DNA from: Thermodesulfobacteriota bacterium
GTDB taxonomy: Bacteria > Desulfobacterota_D > UBA1144 > Nemesobacterales > UBA2774
Direction: 5' to 3'
Length of the DNA stretch: 64,000 bases
Assembly (NCBI GenBank): GCA_965223335.1
Contig: OZ244991.1
Location: forward strand, 1,824,001 to 1,888,000
Numbering within the stretch: the stretch's first letter is position 1; each line of letters starts with the position of its first letter. Below, piece after piece: positions 51,798 through 60,576 of the stretch. Below the pieces are notes generated by a model, which was not told where the DNA came from, made no database searches, and saw only the letters and a program-made list of their open reading frames with translations. The translations under genes were made by a program, and so were the position numbers.

Positions 51798-52451
51798 ATG
51801 AACAAAATCTTGTTTGCACTCACTACGGTTAGTATGGCAGCGTCTTTGTACGCCGCCTTCTATTACGCGCCCACAGAACCGATCATGGGTCATATACAGA
51901 GAATATTCTATATCCATATGGGTACGGTCTGGGCCGCGACGATTGCGTTTTTTATAGTATTTATAGCTAGCATCGGGTACCTATGGAAGGGCTCTAGAAG
52001 GCTCGATATACTCGCTTACTGCTCGGCTGAGCTGGGAGTTGTGTTCCTAACACTCACCATAGTTACGGGCAGCATATGGGCAAAACCGATATGGGGTACA
52101 TGGTGGACATGGGACCCCCAGCTTACCACAACATTCATACTATGGATAATGTACATCGTCTATCTGCTGATCAGGTCCTCTGCAGGTAACGACACCAGGA
52201 GGGCCAAGTACGCAGCGGTCTTCGGGATAATAGCGTTTCTCGACCTGCCGCTGGTCTACCTGTCGGCAAGGGTCATGAGGGGTATATCCCCAGTGGTATT
52301 CGGTCCGGGGGGCGGGGGTATAGAGCCCGCGATGATGGTTGCACTGCTTATTAACCTTTTGGCATTTACATTGCTCTTTGTACTGCTACTTCGCATACGA
52401 ACAAAGATCGAGAGTATGAACGACCGGCTATCGGAGCTGCAAAGCACTTAG
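51798..52451 (+). CDS. ccmC: Heme chaperone loader CcmC (atypical)
   Basis: RIFYIH, WWD domain GSIWAKPIWGTWWTWDP. Confidence 0.92.
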   Translation: MNKILFALTTVSMAASLYAAFYYAPTEPIMGHIQRIFYIHMGTVWAATIAFFIVFIASIGYLWKGSRRLDILAYCSAELGVVFLTLTIVTGSIWAKPIWGTWWTWDPQLTTTFILWIMYIVYLLIRSSAGNDTRRAKYAAVFGIIAFLDLPLVYLSARVMRGISPVVFGPGGGGIEPAMMVALLINLLAFTLLFVLLLRIRTKIESMNDRLSELQST

Positions 52452-52471
52452 GACATAGAGAGGAAATCGCT

Positions 52472-53146
52472 ATCAAGACTAATACACTTTGGCGCGCTCA
52501 TAATTTCAGTGTTTTTTGTACGGCACTCGTAGTGTTGACACTATTGGCAACGGGTTGTTTTACGAGCGGTGGTGATCAGGTTGTTCACGAGTTTACTGCG
52601 GATAGCACCGACGAGATAGTAGACAGCGGGGCTATCTCTTTGGACACTGAGACTTCTGTTGATGGTACTGCATCCATTCGTGTGCAGAGAGACGAGTCAG
52701 GCAAAGGGGTAATCGGCCTTTACCAAGTGGACGATGCAGAGATTAACAACTCGAGGCTAGTGTATATGGCCAAGATGAAAACCGAGGGTGTAGAGAACAT
52801 GGCTTATTTGAGGCTGCGTGTAGCTACGCAGAATGACGTAGAGCTTGTGTCTTACGGCCCTCCTATTCCGCTCTCGGGTGATAGCGAGTGGACCGAGGTT
52901 GCGACGGAGCTCTTTTTAGACAGGGGCAACAAAGCCCGGTCAATCGGCCTTGATCTCGTTATTGACGGAAAAGGGACTGTGTGGATCGACCAAGTGGGGC
53001 TCCTTAAAAAGCCGCTTAGATTGAACTATCTCTTTTGGGGACACATAGTGTTTTGGCTCATACTGCTAATCTACTTTATAATAATTATGAATAAGCATAA
53101 GGAGCTTGGCAAGAAAATTGAGGCCCTAAGTGGGTCAGTGAAATAA
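52472..53146 (+). CDS. Lipoprotein beta-sandwich domain fused to a C-terminal CcmD-like segment (candidate ATC start; track start 52532)
   Basis: Lipobox LATGC; GTVWID motif; C-terminal YLFWGHIVFWLILLIYF...KELGKKIEAL; sits between ccmC and ccmE. Confidence 0.6.
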   Translation: MKTNTLWRAHNFSVFCTALVVLTLLATGCFTSGGDQVVHEFTADSTDEIVDSGAISLDTETSVDGTASIRVQRDESGKGVIGLYQVDDAEINNSRLVYMAKMKTEGVENMAYLRLRVATQNDVELVSYGPPIPLSGDSEWTEVATELFLDRGNKARSIGLDLVIDGKGTVWIDQVGLLKKPLRLNYLFWGHIVFWLILLIYFIIIMNKHKELGKKIEALSGSVK

Positions 53147-53175
53147 TACCGGTATAATTTTATCTGGGGGTATTA

Positions 53176-53589
53176 ATGCTTAAGGGAAAATTGAAATTCA
53201 TCATTGCTATCGGTGCGATAGTGCTTGCTGTAAGCTACCTCGTCTACGGGGGAGTTAAGGATACCAGTGTCTACTATCTCACTGTGGACGAACTCCACGA
53301 CAAACTGCCCTATATATATGACGACAGGGTCAGGGTGTCGGGCACCGTTGTAACGGGCTCTATAGAAAACAGGTCGGACGGTGCGTTGAAATTCCAAATC
53401 ACAGACGGCTTGAGCACAATTGATGTGAACTATAAAGGGGTTGTGCCCGATATATTTAATGACGGGGTCGAGGCTGTGGTAGAGGGCGAGTATAATAGGT
53501 CTAATGTGTTCCAGGCCGATATTCTTTTGGCTAAATGTCCCACTAAATACGAATCCGCGGACTCTCTTTACGAAAAGGAGAGTTCTTGA
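53176..53589 (+). CDS. ccmE: Heme chaperone CcmE, CxxxY variant
   Basis: YYLTVDE, VRVSG.V, Y.GVVPDIF, VVEG, LAKCPTKY. Confidence 0.95.
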   Translation: MLKGKLKFIIAIGAIVLAVSYLVYGGVKDTSVYYLTVDELHDKLPYIYDDRVRVSGTVVTGSIENRSDGALKFQITDGLSTIDVNYKGVVPDIFNDGVEAVVEGEYNRSNVFQADILLAKCPTKYESADSLYEKESS

Positions 53590-55598
53590 GTATGGTGGAA
53601 AGCGGTTTAATCTCCGTTTATTTGGCATTCATTGTTTGCATATATGTGATGGTTGCCTCGGTCGTCGGGGTTAGGAGCGGGCGGGCCGATCTCGTGCGCA
53701 GCGCAGAGAACGGGGCCATAGCCGTCTCTTTCCTCTTGATAATAGCGACCATAGCACTTGTTCATGCCCTTATAAACCTGGACTTTACCCTAAAATACGT
53801 TGCTCTTAACACGAGCACCGACCTGCCGATGATCTACAGGGTTACATCACTTTGGGCAGGTCAGTCGGGTTCTCTGTTGCTTTGGTGTCTGATTCTTTCC
53901 CTATATATGACACTTGTGGTCCTGGGCAGCAGGTATAAGTCGAGACAGTTAATACCTTACGTAATAGCGGTGTTGGCCGGTGTGTCTGCATTTTTTATAT
54001 TCATTATTGCGTTTGTAGAGAGTCCTTTCGAGAAACTGCCATTCATTCCCCAAGAGGGAAGGGGCCTTAACCCCATACTGCAAAACGGCTACATGGCCAT
54101 CCATCCCCTCACGCTTTATATAGGCTACGTGGGAGTGACGGTACCGTTTGCCTTTGCCATAGGAGCGCTGCTTAGCCGCAGGCTGGGTGACCAGTGGATT
54201 AGGTACTCGCGCAAGTGGACGCTTGTGGCCTGGACGTTTCTTAGCATAGGGCTTGTGCTGGGTGCAAGGTGGGCTTACCTTGAGCTTGGATGGGGCGGGT
54301 ACTGGGCCTGGGACCCGGTTGAGAACGCCGCGTTTATGCCCTGGCTTACCGCCACCGCGTTTTTACACTCGGTTATGATCCAGGAAAAAAAGGGTATGCT
54401 CAAGAAATGGAACCTGATTCTCATAATAATCACTTTTTTCTTAGCAATATTCGGCACATTTATTACGCGCAGTGGAATTCTATCTTCCGTCCACTCATTT
54501 GCGCAGTCAGATATAGGCCCCTTGTTCCTGGGCTTCATAGCATTCATACTGCTTTTCTCGTTCGGGCTCTTCTTGTATAGAATCCGGGAACTTGAGAGCG
54601 AGAATCAGTTCGATTCCATACTCTCGCGCGAGAGTGCATTTATATTTAACAACCTTTTATTCCTTGGGGCTGCGTTCGCGGTGTTCCTGGGCACTATCTT
54701 CCCTATACTCTCCGAGGCTCTCACGGGCGAAAAGATACTTGTGGGCCCGCCTTATTTTAACCGTGTCAATGTACCGATCGGTCTCGTTCTGATACTTCTT
54801 ATGGGAATAGGCCCCCTCATCTCATGGCGCAAGGCGTCTAGAGAGAACCTGGTTAAGAATTTTTTGCTGCCGTCTATTGCCGCTATTGCAACAGGGTTGG
54901 TCTTATTTGTTTTGGGAGTACGGGAACTAACGGCAGTGTTGTCTTTTGCGTTTTGTGCGTTTGTAACGGTGACCGTTCTTGCCGAGTTCACTCGTGGTGT
55001 GATCGTACGGAGCCGCAGGGGTGAGAACCCTGCACTCGCATTCGGGCGACTTGTATCTAGAAACCGCAGGCGCTACGGGGGTTACATTGTCCACATAGGT
55101 GTAGTGCTGATGGTCATAGGCATCACAGCATCGTCTGTATTCGTCACACAGACCGAGGCTACGCTTAACAAAGGGGAATCTGTTTCAATCAGGGACTACA
55201 GGCTCGAGTACGAGGGCCTAACACAGTACACCAACGAGGCAAAAAACGGTACAACTGCGAACCTGGTGCTGTATAAAAACGGGGAGGCTGTGGACACGCT
55301 GAAACCCGAAAAAAATATATATAAGTACGAGGGCAACCGAGAGATTAATCAGGAGACCGAGGTGGCGCTTAGGTCCACTATTACCGATGACCTCTACGTT
55401 ATACTCACAGGTTTTGGTGATGGGGGCAGTGCATCTTTTCGTGTGCTTATAAACCCGATGGTAAGCTGGATTTGGGCCGGTGCTCTTGTGCTTTTGCTGG
55501 GTGCAGTGATTGCCATGTTTCCCACCTTTAGTAAAACTACCGAGAGAGCATTTGTCAGGTACAATGTGGGGTCTCGGGATAGATCGGTGAATGTGTAG
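53586..55598 (+). CDS. ccmF: Cytochrome c synthetase CcmF
   Basis: GLNPILQ, IHP, WAYLELGWGGYWAWDPVEN, SVHSF. Confidence 0.96.
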   Translation: MSMVESGLISVYLAFIVCIYVMVASVVGVRSGRADLVRSAENGAIAVSFLLIIATIALVHALINLDFTLKYVALNTSTDLPMIYRVTSLWAGQSGSLLLWCLILSLYMTLVVLGSRYKSRQLIPYVIAVLAGVSAFFIFIIAFVESPFEKLPFIPQEGRGLNPILQNGYMAIHPLTLYIGYVGVTVPFAFAIGALLSRRLGDQWIRYSRKWTLVAWTFLSIGLVLGARWAYLELGWGGYWAWDPVENAAFMPWLTATAFLHSVMIQEKKGMLKKWNLILIIITFFLAIFGTFITRSGILSSVHSFAQSDIGPLFLGFIAFILLFSFGLFLYRIRELESENQFDSILSRESAFIFNNLLFLGAAFAVFLGTIFPILSEALTGEKILVGPPYFNRVNVPIGLVLILLMGIGPLISWRKASRENLVKNFLLPSIAAIATGLVLFVLGVRELTAVLSFAFCAFVTVTVLAEFTRGVIVRSRRGENPALAFGRLVSRNRRRYGGYIVHIGVVLMVIGITASSVFVTQTEATLNKGESVSIRDYRLEYEGLTQYTNEAKNGTTANLVLYKNGEAVDTLKPEKNIYKYEGNREINQETEVALRSTITDDLYVILTGFGDGGSASFRVLINPMVSWIWAGALVLLLGAVIAMFPTFSKTTERAFVRYNVGSRDRSVNV

Positions 55599-55645
55599 TA
55601 TCAACCTATAAGTTCCTAGGTCATCTCGCGGGTAATCATAAACAA

Positions 55646-56146
55646 ATGGGAAATATAATAGCGATAGTTATAGCACTACTTGTGTCTGGGTTTGTCGTAT
55701 ACCCGATCATAGTCAAAAGAAGATCCGAGCCTTTGGTCCCGGGTGCTGAAAACAGTGGTGCCCAAGAAGACTTGGAACTGTTAGAGACACAAAAAGAGAG
55801 CCTCTACGCTGCAATTAAAGAGATAGAGTTTGATCATGGTCTCGGGAAACTCTCTACCAAGGACTATAACGAGTTAAACCAAAAGTATAAATCCCAGGCC
55901 GCAGCGCTCTTAAAAAAGATCGATGCCGTAATAAACGAGGTTGAGTCAGACGAGTTGGGCAAAGAGTTGGAGCGAGAGATTACCGGCACCGAGGATCCTA
56001 GTATATCTGAGAACACTGGACCTAGTGGAAAAGAGAGCGTTTCTGCTCCTAGCACCGAGAGCAGTCGTAACTGTTATAATTGCGGTAGGGATTATAGTGC
56101 CGAGGATAAGTTCTGCTCAGGTTGCGGTGTGATGTTGCAGTCGTAG
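55646..56146 (+). CDS. CcmI-N-like membrane protein with C-terminal zinc ribbon
   Basis: N-terminal TM ending YP; IKEIEFDHGLGKLS..DY; CYNCG...FCSGCG. Confidence 0.7.
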   Translation: MGNIIAIVIALLVSGFVVYPIIVKRRSEPLVPGAENSGAQEDLELLETQKESLYAAIKEIEFDHGLGKLSTKDYNELNQKYKSQAAALLKKIDAVINEVESDELGKELEREITGTEDPSISENTGPSGKESVSAPSTESSRNCYNCGRDYSAEDKFCSGCGVMLQS

Positions 56147-56171
56147 GCGCTATGCTAAACCCTATATACAA

Positions 56172-57608
56172 ATGATTAGAAACACTCTTATAATAGCGGT
56201 CTTTACAGTCCAAAGCCTCATATGCTTAAGCGCAGGTGCGCAAGATACTACACCGCAGGGCAAGCAACTCTTTATATCTAACCGTTGTGATAGGTGTCAT
56301 ACTATCGGCAGGGGCAGGTTTGTGGGCCCTGATCTATTTGGGGTCGGCAATAGGTACACGAAGGAACAGATAGTTAATTGGATCACCGATCCCCAGGGTG
56401 TCTATCAAACACTGGGCAAGATGCCGGTTAACCAAGGGTACCCGCCCATGCCGCCTACGAATGTTGACCCCGGTACTGCAAATGAGATAGCCGGGTATTT
56501 ACTATCACTCAATGCTCCTCCCGAGAACACCGAAAGCGGTGTAATTAAGGGGACGGTAATAAACAAAACAACAGGTAGTGCCGAGAAAGATATAGAGATT
56601 CTGTTGACCTCCTACATGGGTGACAATGCTCAAGAACAGTTCCGGTCCCGCTCTGCTGATGACGGCGGGTTTGAGTTCGAGGGCCTGGCTTGGGATCGCA
56701 GCTATGCCATAACGATCAATTACGAGGGAGCGGAATATGTGACCGATAAGATGGTGTTCGAGCCTTACCAAGACTCGATATCTATGGACCTGCCTATTTA
56801 TGAGCCTACAACCGATGAAAATAGGATAGTGCTTAGAGAAGCTCATATGATAGTGCGTGTAGAGGATAAAGCCATATCTGTTGCCGATATTGCATTAATT
56901 GAAAACACGGGGGGCAATATATATGTGGGGAGCAAAACGCTTGAGGACGGCCGCAAGGAAACACTTAGGTTCAGTCTCCCGGATAATGCAGCTGATCTCA
57001 AAATAATACATGGCTTAAGTAATGACAGTATTGTAAAGACCGATACCGGTTTTTCGGACACGGCTAGTGTGTTGCCGGGACAAAGAAGAGTTGTTTACTC
57101 GTACTTAGTTCCCGACGACGGCGGGAATTGGGAGTTTAATAGAGTACTCAACTACGGCGCGGATAAATTTATGCTCCTGGTGTCGGACGATAAAGCTGAA
57201 TTAGATGTAATTGGGCTTACTAAATTAGAAAACGTAACGATTGAAAACGAGAACTACTCCAGGTGGTCAGGGGAGAATCTGGCCCCCGGGCATGTGATTG
57301 AGCTCACAGTTGGCAGCAATGCGGGTTCGGGGAAGTTCTTAAGAGCGCTTTCGCTTGGGATAGCGATATTTGTGTTGGCCTCAGGTTTTATCTACACAAT
57401 TTTTAATAGGAAAGACGCCGGATCGCGAAGGGGTGTTGATCATTTGGAGAGCATAAATACAGAGAAAAAAGATCTGATAGATGAGATTGTTAAACTGGAT
57501 AAGGCCTATTCAAACAGCGAAATCAACAAGAATGATTACAGGCTGATTAGGTCCAAGATTAAGCAGAGACTCATCCGGCTGGAAGCGTCGATTAGGTCCG
57601 GTTCTTGA
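56172..57608 (+). CDS. Membrane-anchored monoheme cytochrome c multidomain protein
   Basis: Signal peptide; CDRCH, GPDL, MPP; Ig/carboxypeptidase-regulatory-like 'GVIKGTVINKT'; C-terminal TM and helical tail. Confidence 0.8.
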   Translation: MIRNTLIIAVFTVQSLICLSAGAQDTTPQGKQLFISNRCDRCHTIGRGRFVGPDLFGVGNRYTKEQIVNWITDPQGVYQTLGKMPVNQGYPPMPPTNVDPGTANEIAGYLLSLNAPPENTESGVIKGTVINKTTGSAEKDIEILLTSYMGDNAQEQFRSRSADDGGFEFEGLAWDRSYAITINYEGAEYVTDKMVFEPYQDSISMDLPIYEPTTDENRIVLREAHMIVRVEDKAISVADIALIENTGGNIYVGSKTLEDGRKETLRFSLPDNAADLKIIHGLSNDSIVKTDTGFSDTASVLPGQRRVVYSYLVPDDGGNWEFNRVLNYGADKFMLLVSDDKAELDVIGLTKLENVTIENENYSRWSGENLAPGHVIELTVGSNAGSGKFLRALSLGIAIFVLASGFIYTIFNRKDAGSRRGVDHLESINTEKKDLIDEIVKLDKAYSNSEINKNDYRLIRSKIKQRLIRLEASIRSGS

Positions 57609-57610
57609 TC

Positions 57611-58333
57611 TCATATGTCACCGAAGTGGTGTTGTAGGATCGAGAGTGTTACGAGACTTGCAGTCTCGGTTCTTAAGATCCTGGGACCGAGACCCAGTGC
57701 TGTAAAACCGTTATTTACAGCTAAATCTATCTCATTTTTAGAAAATCCACCCTCAGGGCCTATGAATATTGCAATAGCTTTGGTTTCTTGCGAATAATTC
57801 CTCAGATAGTCTTTTAACAATACATCATAGCCTTCATAAAGTATTACTTGTAACACCCCGTCATTAATGCTTTCTGTTGCATCATTGAAATCTGTGATCT
57901 CCGCAACTTCAGGTGGATTAGTTCTTCTGCACTGTTTAGAGCTTTCCGTTACTATCCGCTTCCATCTTTTAACTTTTTTGGTGTCTTTAATCTGCGACCT
58001 TTCTGTTACAACAGGCACGATCTTTTTAACTCCAAGCTCGGTGGCTTTCTCTACTATCAGGTCCATCTTGCTGCCCTTAGCAAGGCCTTGATAAAGTGTT
58101 ATATCAATAGGGGATTCGGTGCTGACTAGCTTTTTGCTTTTTATCTCGACTACAAGCTGTTTACTCTCTACATCTGTAATTACACCGTTGTATTCGTAGG
58201 AATCGGGGCTAAATAGGATTATGCTGTCACCCTCGTTTAGTCTTAGAACCTTGACTATATGTTTGAAGTCGTTGCCCGATATTACTACCTTCGAGTCTTG
58301 AATTTGTTCTTGATCAATAGGTATGCGGACCAT
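57611..58333 (-). CDS. rsmE: 16S rRNA m3U1498 methyltransferase
   Basis: HIVKVLRL, KATELGV, IGPEGGF, LGPRILRTETA. Confidence 0.96.
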   Translation of the reverse strand: MVRIPIDQEQIQDSKVVISGNDFKHIVKVLRLNEGDSIILFSPDSYEYNGVITDVESKQLVVEIKSKKLVSTESPIDITLYQGLAKGSKMDLIVEKATELGVKKIVPVVTERSQIKDTKKVKRWKRIVTESSKQCRRTNPPEVAEITDFNDATESINDGVLQVILYEGYDVLLKDYLRNYSQETKAIAIFIGPEGGFSKNEIDLAVNNGFTALGLGPRILRTETASLVTLSILQHHFGDI

Positions 58334-58358
58334 ATCAAATTGGTGCTAATAGCACATC

Positions 58359-59900
58359 TCATCTCTTTCTGCGTTTCTTAACCTTACCGTATAATCTCAC
58401 TATATCGTGGGTAAGGTTTTGAATGGTGTGTTTTTTGGATGCTATCTTGGGGTTAAAACCGAGTTCACGAACTGTGGCTGCGGTAATGGGACCTATGCAT
58501 GCGATGTCTATTTCTTTTAAGAGTTTTTTATCCCTACCCAGAAGCTCGATGAAATTCCTTGTGGTGGATGAGCTAGCGAATGTAACACAATCAATACCTT
58601 TATCTCTAAACATTTTCTTAAGCTCGGCTACCTTGCTCTTATTTGGTTTTTTGGCTTCGTAAAAGCTTACTACGTCTACCTTCGCACCCATCTCGCGCAG
58701 TTTTACGGGCAGTATCTCGCGTGCCTCTTTTGCGCGGGGTATAAGGATCTTCTGGTTGCTGAGATCGATTTTAGCGAATATATCAATTAGGCCTTCGGCC
58801 CTGTAATCCTTGGGCACGGCATCGACACTTAATCTATATTTATGGGTTGTTTCTGCGGTTTTTTCACCTATGCATGCGATTTGTATCCCGTGCAGTTCTC
58901 TTATATCTCTTCCGAGTTCTCTAAATCGATTAAAGAACGATCTAACACCATTTGTACTTGTGAAAATTAGCCAGTTGTAGGATTCTAGGTTTCGAATAGC
59001 CTTATCGGCACTATTCCAACTTCGGGGTGGGATAATATCTATAGCAGGGAATTCTATTACATTGGCACCCTGCTCAGTCAATAAATCAGCAAACTCACCT
59101 GCCTGCTCCTTCGCACGAGTAACTACGATCGTTTTTCCAAAAAGTGGTTTAGTTTCGTACCAGTTTGCAATATCCCTTAGCCCTACAACATCGCCCACTA
59201 CTACTATAGCCGGGGACGCCGTGATCTTGGACTGTTTTACAAGGTCGGCAATCGTGTTGACTGTGCCCGTAACGGTATTTTGGTTAGGCAGTGTTCCCCA
59301 GGATATAACGGCTGCGGGAGTATCAGGGTTTTTACCGGCATCCATAAGTTTATTCATGTTTAGTCTTAGGTTTCTATAGCCCATTAGCAGCACCAATGTG
59401 CCGATTTGAGCCAGTGAGTCCCATGCAATTTTAGAAGATGTTTTGTCGGGGGTTTCGTGGCCGGTTACCACCGCAAAGGATGAAGCTAGGTCCCGGTGTG
59501 TTAACGGTATACCGGCATATGCGGGTACAGCCGATATGGATGAAACCCCGGGCACAATCTCCACAGAGATCCCTGCCCCTGACAGTGCCTCTATCTCCTC
59601 ACCCCCGCGACCGAACACAAAGGGGTCGCCCCCCTTTAACCGAGCCACTGTTTTACCTGTCTTGGAGTGTTTGATAAGGAGTTTATTTATCTTGTACTGT
59701 GTCATTTCCTTCACACCGGCTTTTTTACCCACATAGATTATTTCTGATTGTGGGTGTGCCCAATCTAGGATCTTGGGATTCACAAGGTAATCGTAGATAA
59801 TCACCTCGCTTTGGGATAAGAGTTCTTTAGCTCTGACTGTGAGTAGGCCCGGATCGCCGGGGCCTGCTCCTATTAGGTATACTGTGCCGGGACGTTTCAT
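58359..59900 (-). CDS. cobA/hemD: Uroporphyrinogen-III C-methyltransferase / synthase fusion
   Basis: GAGPGDPGLLT, RLKGGDPFVFGRGGEE; HemD half PLFGK.IVVTR, FTSTNGV, IGPITA; ATG 59900. Confidence 0.95.
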   Translation of the reverse strand: MKRPGTVYLIGAGPGDPGLLTVRAKELLSQSEVIIYDYLVNPKILDWAHPQSEIIYVGKKAGVKEMTQYKINKLLIKHSKTGKTVARLKGGDPFVFGRGGEEIEALSGAGISVEIVPGVSSISAVPAYAGIPLTHRDLASSFAVVTGHETPDKTSSKIAWDSLAQIGTLVLLMGYRNLRLNMNKLMDAGKNPDTPAAVISWGTLPNQNTVTGTVNTIADLVKQSKITASPAIVVVGDVVGLRDIANWYETKPLFGKTIVVTRAKEQAGEFADLLTEQGANVIEFPAIDIIPPRSWNSADKAIRNLESYNWLIFTSTNGVRSFFNRFRELGRDIRELHGIQIACIGEKTAETTHKYRLSVDAVPKDYRAEGLIDIFAKIDLSNQKILIPRAKEAREILPVKLREMGAKVDVVSFYEAKKPNKSKVAELKKMFRDKGIDCVTFASSSTTRNFIELLGRDKKLLKEIDIACIGPITAATVRELGFNPKIASKKHTIQNLTHDIVRLYGKVKKRRKR

Positions 59901-60181
59901 CTGGATGGATAAATGAAACCGAAGCACCCGGGGATTGTCAAGATAAAAGGGTGGTGGAATAGCTTTAACATAGAAGCATCTTAGTTGAAATTACTGCATC
60001 TAATCAATTTTCTAGTCTTTTCAAACTGCAGATTTAATGGTATGAATAATCGGCTACGGCTTCAAACTAGCTGTTTATTGAGTATATTTAATTGTATAAA
60101 TAGGCATTAGAATTATAATCTATTGATATCGTATAAATTGCAGATTTCAGTTTCTAGGGCTGAACAGAAAAGGAGTAATTA

Positions 60182-60565
60182 ATGGAAGCGACTGAGTACG
60201 AATACGTATTGGATCACTTTAAACATCCACGCAACTACGGCACCATAGATGACCCGGATACAACTTGCGAAGAAGGGATACCGTCGTGTGGCGACTTGAT
60301 TAGGTTGGATATTAACATTGCCGACGGCCGTGTAGATGAGGTGAAGTTCTCGGGTAAGGGTTGTGCTGTGAGTCAGGCCGCGGCATCGATTCTGACCGAG
60401 ATGGTCTTGGATAAAAAGGTAGACGAGTGTCGTATGATGACAGACGAAGAAATGCTCGAATCCCTGGGGGCAAAAGTCTCGCCGATCCGGTTTAAGTGCG
60501 CATTACTGGCACTACACGTTTTAAGAAAAGCTCTGAATAAAATTGCCGATGCATCATCTAAATAA
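60182..60565 (+). CDS. sufU: SufU/IscU-type Fe-S scaffold / sulfur-transfer protein
   Basis: LDHFKHPRN, SCGD, GCAVSQAAAS, RFKCALL. Confidence 0.85.
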   Translation: MEATEYEYVLDHFKHPRNYGTIDDPDTTCEEGIPSCGDLIRLDINIADGRVDEVKFSGKGCAVSQAAASILTEMVLDKKVDECRMMTDEEMLESLGAKVSPIRFKCALLALHVLRKALNKIADASSK

Positions 60566-60576
60566 GGTCTAAACTT

